The notes below the pieces were generated by a model that had not been told where the DNA came from, did no database searches, and saw nothing but the letters and a program-made list of their open reading frames with translations. This document shows positions 6,601-10,647 of a DNA stretch of 10,647 bases, piece after piece. The stretch is from Fibrobacteria bacterium (lineage in GTDB: Bacteria > Fibrobacterota > Fibrobacteria > UBA11236): contig JBJHDK010000071.1 in NCBI GenBank assembly GCA_050486505.1, positions 1-10,647 on the forward strand. Direction: 5' to 3'. The translations under genes were made by a program, and so were the position numbers. Position 1 is the stretch's first letter; each line of letters begins with the position of its first letter.

Positions 6601-9600
6601 GGGTTCACCGACCAGTTCGAGACCGGTCCTTCCACGGCCGGATTCAGCGTGGCGATGGCCGCATTCTGCGTGTAGGTCACGCTCGATTGGCTGTACGAAA
6701 CCACCGGAGGCTGCAGGCCGATGTCGGTCAGGGGCTGGAAGCGCCGTTGGCTTTCATACTCGAGCCGCGCCCATTCGGCGGAACGCGGGACATTGGCAAG
6801 GCGCGCTTCTTCCATCAACCCGAAGAAACTCGAATCCTGGAATGCCGCCCCGGGATTGGTGGTTCCGAGGAAGTTCATTTCCCGCGTGGTGTTCGGAAAG
6901 TTGTCGGGCGCGGTGGTGTTCGTCGAAATGAGTTGTCCGTTCACGTAGATGTTCATGCGACCGCCGTCGGGACCCGCCGGAAGCTTGGTGAAAACGATAT
7001 GCCTCCACGTATCCGCGCCGGCGAGGAGCGTCGGCGACCCGGGGTTGTCGATCGCCCCTTGGTTGCCGTTGTTCGCGAGGTTGCGCATGCGGAACTTCGC
7101 ACCCGCGTTTCCTCCATTGTGGCCGATCGTGATGGCGGCCGACCCCGGATTCGCGGACGTGTTGTTCGAGGCGACGAAGTACGCCGTCCCCACTCCCTGC
7201 TTGCTCGGGTTGATCCAGGCGCTGAAAGTGAACCCGGTGGAGTAGTCGCTGGTGATCGTGCCGAGATCGAGCCGGTCGTTCGCGAGAATCACGGAACTAT
7301 TGCCCCCGGGGCCACCCCTCAACGTATCGGCCATACCGATGATCCCCCTGCGGGCCGTATATCCCCCGGGGAAATTGACCGGGGCCGCGGGGTTTCCCCC
7401 CGCGATGGAATTCGGCCTTGGATCCGTTCCCGGAGCATCGCCGAGGTGCCAGACGTTGGTGAAGCCGTTGGCGAAGGTCGCCGTCCCGTCCGACCCGTCC
7501 GACGCGGAGCCGTTGCCCCAGAACATGCGAATGTGCTGCGTGCCGTTGTTGCCGTGCACCGTATCAACCCGGACCCAGATCTCGGCGCGCTGGTTCACGG
7601 GATCCCATCCGGCGACTTCGTGCGGAAGACGCGTCACCCCGTTGGGTTTGGCGAAACGGATATCCGCACCGCCCGCCGCCGCCTGGGAGAAGATCGCGGA
7701 TTCAGCCGCGCCCAAGCGCACGAGCAGCGGGAACCCGGTCACGTTGCCCGGAATGTCGGCACCCGTGGAGGATGTGTTGAGAACGATGTTCCGCTGGTGC
7801 GTCCAGTCGGCCAGGAAGTTCTCGGCGGGGGGAGCGACGGTGATATTGATCTGTGCCGTCGTGTTTCCAAGCGGACCCGACCCGGTCACGGTGTATTGCT
7901 GCGCCGCGGAAGCAATCAGGGGAATCCCCGTGATCGCTCCCGTCGTCGTGCTGAAGGAAAGCCCTGCGGGAAGCGCGGGATCGATGGACCATGAGACGAT
8001 TGAACCGCTGAATGTCGGAACATTGGGAGCGATCTCGTCGCCGGCGACATAATTTCCGTCGGTGACGGGATAAGCGATGTCGGCGGGGGAAGTCGGCGTG
8101 ATCTCGAGCGTCAGGGAGAATGTCGAGACCCAGGCCCCGCTATGGGCCGAGACGACGTACTCCGTCGAGGGCGAGAAGTTGTCCGGGGTTCCGGTGATCG
8201 CGCCTGTCGCGGCATTCAGGACCAGGCCGTCGGGAAGTTCCGGGGCAATCGTGAATTCGAGGGCCGATCCCGATGCCAGCGTGGGCGCGGCCACCGGATC
8301 GATGGGCTGGCCGTTGTCGGTGAAGGAGTACGATGCCTGCGCATACGCGAGTCCCGACAGGGGCACGACCCCGGGCGCCTGGGTGCGGTGCTCCAGCACG
8401 TTCCACTCCGTGGTCCGCGCGACGTTCGACACGCGGGCCTCGTCGATCTGACCCCTCCACCAGCGTTGGTTCTGGTCGCCGCGGCGCCCGATGTACAGGT
8501 CCGCGTTGGTGTTGCGGCCCGCGGCGGTGTTCCCCTCGGTGTTCGGGCCCTCGAAGAGAACCCCGTCCAAATAAACCCTGGTGAGGCCGCCGTCCTTCAC
8601 GCCCACCACGTGACGCCACGTCAGGTTGTGGGCCGAGACGCGCGGCGACAGCGCGCTGTGCCACCCCGAGCTGCTGTGCTCGAAAAATTCCCAGTTGGCG
8701 CCGTTTCCGGAACTGAGCTTCAGGGCGTATTGGTTGTCATGCTTGACGAGAATGCTGCGGTGATTGTCCGCGGTGCTGTTCGTCGGGTCGAGGCGCACCC
8801 AGGCCGAAAGCGTGTAGGTCGAATTGTGCGGAAAGTTGATGCGCGGGTCGGCCGCCGTATTGGGGATCTGGAACGATTGGCTGGTGCCGTTGAAGTTTCT
8901 GGCACCGCCGATCGCGCCGCTGGCTGTGACGCCGGGAGCGTTGATGGCGCTGCCGTTGAAGCCGTGAACCGTGGCATCAACAACCCCGTCGGAGGACGAG
9001 GCTTCGTTCATGTGCCAGACGGCCATGTACCCGTTGGCGGGATTGAACACCCGCTGGCCATCCGAAATGTCGGGCGCACCGGGGTTTCCCCAATGGACGC
9101 GGATCGTCTTGGGTTGACCCGCTTCGATCTGGTCCGCCAGCACCCAGAACGATGCCGTTTGCGATGCGGAGTTCCAGTCTTCGGTTTCATGCGCGAGCGC
9201 GGCACCGCCTGCCCCGGAGAAACGAATGTCCGAGCCGTCGGGTTCGGCGCCCGCGAAGACGGCGGCATGCGCCGACGTCAGGCGAACCAGCAGCGGGAAC
9301 TGCGCAAGCCCCTCTTCAACCCCGACGGACGGCGCGCTCAAGGTGAACTCGAGCGAGTTCGTCCAGTTCGAATAGTCCTCGGGGGGGATTACGGTGAGGT
9401 CGAGCGCGGCCGTCGCCGACCCCGCAATGTTGGTCGCCGATACGGTAAAGGTACCGGCGGCGGCTGCGGTCGGGGTTCCCGTGATCACGCCCGTGGCGGG
9501 GTCGAGGGAGAGCCCTGCGGGCAACGCCGGGTCCACGGACCACGACGTGATCATCCCGTTCACCTCCGGCGTGTTGGGAATGATCGGGGCCGCGAGGCCG

Positions 9601-10647
9601 CCGCGATACGTCGCGGGATTGGCGGAGTACGCGAGGTTCGTCGGCGCGGAGACCACCGCAATGTTGATTTGAGTGGTCGTCGAGCCCGTGACGTTCGCTG
9701 CCGTGACCGTGTAGTTCGCCGCGGAGGCCGTTACCGTGGGGGTTCCGGAGATCACGCCCGTCTCCGCGTCGATGACAAGTCCTTCCGGCAATGCGGGATT
9801 CACCGAGAACCCGGCCACAAGCTGGTTAGGATCGGTCATGCTGTTCACGGAAGGCGTGTTCGGGGCGATCTCGACATCGATCCCGTAGACTACCTCGGGC
9901 GCCGCGTAGGACAGCCCCGTCGGCGCGCGGGGGTTGACCGTGAGGTTCAGGGTATCGGTGACGGTCATGGCCGGGGAAGAAAACTCCGCCGTCACCACGT
10001 ATTGCGCGGTGGCGGAAACCGTCGCGGGCGTTCCCGTGATGACGCCGCTGAGCGGATTCAGGGAAAGCCCGGCGGGAAGCGCCGGTTCGACGGTGATTGC
10101 CGAGACCGTCCCGTTGACGACCGGCGTATTGGGGAAGATGGCCACGTTCGCCAGGTAAACCGTATTCTTGTTTGCATAGGCGAACGGCGCCATCTGGGTT
10201 TCCGTCGCGCCAAGGCTCACCGCCGTGGCTGCCTCGCGCTGGGTCTCGTACTCGAGCTTGATCCAGTCGGGGCTGCGGGCGATCGACGAGATGCGCGCCT
10301 CCTCGACCTTGCCGCGCATGGTGGGGTCGGGCCAGGTAATGGCCGCGCCGATGTGATGGGTCCCGCGCTCACGCGCGGCGAAGATGTGCTCGTCGTCCCC
10401 GGCCGCGTATTCAGACACGATCGCGCCGTTGATGAACACGCGCCAGCGACGGCCTTCGACGCTGTCGCGCGTGACGGCAATGTGTGCCCACTGGTTCGCG
10501 ATGCCCGTCAAGGCACCGGTGACGGTGGAGTGTCCCGCGGGTGTGGTTTCGCCCGTCGCGCCCGCGCCGCGCACGCGAAGGTTCTGGGTGTCGCCCTGGC
10601 GACCGATCCAGATGTTATCGATCGTGTTGGTGACGCCCATCGCGTAG
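3639..10647 (-). CDS. Giant modular surface/secreted protein (5'-truncated): DUF2341 + LamG/ConA-like lectin modules, 10 putative Ig (He_PIG) repeats, FN3-like domain, 4 Ig-like repeats, C-terminal FlgD_ig/T9SS-type sorting-like domain
   Basis: The 2333-aa ORF stays open to the window edge (TAC GCG precede ATG 10640) and begins mid-LamG (WAHIAVT..VFING..GKVEEARISSIARS), so the true start is outside the window. Stop is TAG at 3639-3641. Motifs: FPLLVRL..G(S/A)DIRF..W..WV..WGN (DUF2341); TLSAWV..WRH..VYLDG..IDEAR (LamG); LPAGLSL..TGxIxGTP (He_PIG); LSYQW..D.G.Y.V.V (Ig); WNGRTTSG..ASAGMYVVRI (FlgD_ig/CTD-like). Codons are strongly G/C-ending. Confidence 0.93.
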   Translation of the reverse strand, partial: YAMGVTNTIDNIWIGRQGDTQNLRVRGAGATGETTPAGHSTVTGALTGIANQWAHIAVTRDSVEGRRWRVFINGAIVSEYAAGDDEHIFAARERGTHHIGAAITWPDPTMRGKVEEARISSIARSPDWIKLEYETQREAATAVSLGATETQMAPFAYANKNTVYLANVAIFPNTPVVNGTVSAITVEPALPAGLSLNPLSGVITGTPATVSATAQYVVTAEFSSPAMTVTDTLNLTVNPRAPTGLSYAAPEVVYGIDVEIAPNTPSVNSMTDPNQLVAGFSVNPALPEGLVIDAETGVISGTPTVTASAANYTVTAANVTGSTTTQINIAVVSAPTNLAYSANPATYRGGLAAPIIPNTPEVNGMITSWSVDPALPAGLSLDPATGVITGTPTAAAAGTFTVSATNIAGSATAALDLTVIPPEDYSNWTNSLEFTLSAPSVGVEEGLAQFPLLVRLTSAHAAVFAGAEPDGSDIRFSGAGGAALAHETEDWNSASQTASFWVLADQIEAGQPKTIRVHWGNPGAPDISDGQRVFNPANGYMAVWHMNEASSSDGVVDATVHGFNGSAINAPGVTASGAIGGARNFNGTSQSFQIPNTAADPRINFPHNSTYTLSAWVRLDPTNSTADNHRSILVKHDNQYALKLSSGNGANWEFFEHSSSGWHSALSPRVSAHNLTWRHVVGVKDGGLTRVYLDGVLFEGPNTEGNTAAGRNTNADLYIGRRGDQNQRWWRGQIDEARVSNVARTTEWNVLEHRTQAPGVVPLSGLAYAQASYSFTDNGQPIDPVAAPTLASGSALEFTIAPELPDGLVLNAATGAITGTPDNFSPSTEYVVSAHSGAWVSTFSLTLEITPTSPADIAYPVTDGNYVAGDEIAPNVPTFSGSIVSWSIDPALPAGLSFSTTTGAITGIPLIASAAQQYTVTGSGPLGNTTAQINITVAPPAENFLADWTHQRNIVLNTSSTGADIPGNVTGFPLLVRLGAAESAIFSQAAAGGADIRFAKPNGVTRLPHEVAGWDPVNQRAEIWVRVDTVHGNNGTQHIRMFWGNGSASDGSDGTATFANGFTNVWHLGDAPGTDPRPNSIAGGNPAAPVNFPGGYTARRGIIGMADTLRGGPGGNSSVILANDRLDLGTITSDYSTGFTFSAWINPSKQGVGTAYFVASNNTSANPGSAAITIGHNGGNAGAKFRMRNLANNGNQGAIDNPGSPTLLAGADTWRHIVFTKLPAGPDGGRMNIYVNGQLISTNTTAPDNFPNTTREMNFLGTTNPGAAFQDSSFFGLMEEARLANVPRSAEWARLEYESQRRFQPLTDIGLQPPVVSYSQSSVTYTQNAAIATLNPAVEGPVSNWSVNPSLPAGLSLDTETGAISGTPLATVDNVEFTITASNAGGSSSHVLAITVNPGPPTGLSYATNPAQYHVGVEIAPNTATVTGDVAEFTVDPALPAGLSLNATTGEITGTPTEITASAVHVVSATNANGTATANLTIEVVIPPPGAVALVAPANGSTGVQVPLALVWNESAPAVIGHQIQVDATNAFMGGDLFDITVPGTDTTFAINEAPYATELFWRVRAINSTGPGEWSQAWSFTTSAPPPVITYENTPAVYTVNLAITPNAPTIGGSSGPITSWSIAPDLVANTGLSFNTETGVISGTPTGDSPFTLYTVTAMGPGGIGEATLIIRTTSEPPPVISYATTSEVYVINTVITPLLADTTGSGPIDSITVSPALPAGLAIDQSTGTISGTPTEVAAAQDYTITAGGLGGFASHVINIAVIDLPPAISYASPQTYAAGTAIEPLAPVSTGGAVVSYTAVETLPAGLSLNAETGVISGTPTASGAANYRVAASNSGGTDTATISITILSAPSITQQPAAVTVLSGGLAVIGVQATGDGTLSYQWRRGGTNLANGGNISGATGPTLSVIATIADTGAYSVVVTSTLNGATTTATSANASLTVNIPPTITTQPAASTTIAQGGNGSLTVAAASGPGSSAGTLSYQWYRNGELVSGATAATLSITGATLANQGNYTVRVIRTLGGTTTFTESNVASVVINQAPNILTQPQGATVVAGASANMSVVVQEAGGTLSYQWRRGTTNISGATAATLSLSNVTLADTGAYSVVVTRNQGGTTTSSTSSSATILVNAAPTITAQPTDSVTLAIGQNFSFSVTAATTGGSSAGTLSYQWMKDGANLSNGGRISGANTATLTVSAGEMGDVGAYTVTVTRTLNGTTTSTTSNPGHLVPPVSIAPGAFVIHVDNRAEPFTFQLPAGSVEVTERLTLSISDVYGRTIWSNTVNPSKDKTRELTWNGRTTSGTQASAGMYVVRISVRNDGNTTHYVRKTVTLKPR
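3642..3956 (-). other. C-terminal FlgD_ig-like / T9SS type A-like sorting domain of gene A
   Basis: VSI..FTFQLP..RLTLSISDVYGRTIWS..LTWNGRTTSGTQASAGMYVVRISV..YVRKTVTLKPR. This matches the 'IyD..Gr.v...WdG.d..G..v.sGvY.vr....k' pattern, with a basic terminus. Confidence 0.7.
3958..5090 (-). repeat. Four tandem Cys-less Ig-like (I-set-like) domains in gene A
   Basis: Each has P.I..QP...GTLSYQW...SGA...TL....G.Y.V.V. A 31-bp identical DNA block lies at 4404-4434 and 4974-5004, with 21 bp of it again at 4683-4703. Confidence 0.85.
5898..6188 (-). other. FN3-like domain in gene A
   Basis: LVAPANGSTG..LVW..HQIQVD..F..LFWRVRAINSTGPGEWSQAWSFTT. Confidence 0.7.
6715..7832 (-). other. Gene A DUF2341-LamG module C
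   Basis: LADWTHQRNIVLNT..FPLLVRL..GADIRF..IWVRVD..IRMFWGN..VWHL..FTFSAWIN..WRHIVF..IYVNG..GLMEEARLANVPRSAEWARLEYESQR. Confidence 0.8.
8378..9386 (-). other. Gene A DUF2341-LamG module B
   Basis: DYSNW..FPLLVRL..GSDIRF..HETEDW..FWVLAD..IRVHWGN..NGYMAVWHMNE..YTLSAWVR..WRHVVGV..VYLDG..GQIDEARVSNVARTTEW. Confidence 0.8.

Larger units (their letters stand above)
5092..10190 (-). repeat. Ten dispersed putative Ig (He_PIG-like) repeats in gene A, in blocks of 3 (~10190-9387), 2 (~8365-7833), 2 (~6710-6190) and 3 (~5897-5092)
   Basis: ~87-93-aa units with xY....Y....I.P..P......(W/F)SVxPALPAGLSLxxxTGxIxGTP......YTVTA. Boundaries are approximate. Confidence 0.85.

Noticed and set aside
3522..7994. 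1490-aa plus-strand ORF
   Set aside because: Codon-aligned antisense shadow of gene A. It stays open only because gene A avoids TTA/CTA/TCA here (it ends at a TCA Ser codon). The product is Arg/Gly-rich with no motifs, and it runs through the terminator.
8475..8483. RGD motif in a LamG loop of module B
   Set aside because: A single tripeptide in >3400 aa, absent from the other modules; expected by chance.
10638..10640. ATG 10640 as the start of gene A
   Set aside because: The frame is open to the edge, there is no signal peptide, and the sequence begins inside a LamG domain.
3682..10647. Short ORFs nested within gene A
   Set aside because: Alternative-frame shadows of a repetitive high-GC CDS, with no independent domain signal.
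1..10647. Window starts with ATG, ends with TAG and is a multiple of 3, suggesting a recoded giant plus-strand gene
   Set aside because: Frame +1 contains all three stop types (TAG 445, TAA 721, TGA 1723) and is simply a shadow frame.

Overview
High-GC bacterial DNA with two tandem, paralogous minus-strand genes for very large, secreted, modular adhesin/lectin-like proteins. Both are cut by the window edges. Gene A (>10647..3639, at least 2335 aa visible, 5' end missing) reads: [partial LamG]-3x He_PIG-[DUF2341-LamG]-2x He_PIG-[DUF2341-LamG]-2x He_PIG-FN3-like-3x He_PIG-4x Cys-less Ig-C-terminal FlgD_ig/T9SS-like sorting tail. Gene B (3347..<1, at least 1115 aa) is absent from the supplied ORF track because it has no stop codon in the window. 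It reads: signal peptide-[DUF2341-LamG]x2-2x FN3-He_PIG-.... The ~290-bp intergenic region holds a strong intrinsic terminator, an overlapping sigma70-like promoter with an 11-bp tandem repeat, and a ~200-nt structured leader with alternative SD-sequestering helices. Domain names come from motif recognition by eye, not HMM searches. The architecture suggests an FCB-group organism, possibly Fibrobacterota (inference). All other ORFs in the track look like shadow frames. No RNA genes, mobile elements or CRISPR arrays were seen.
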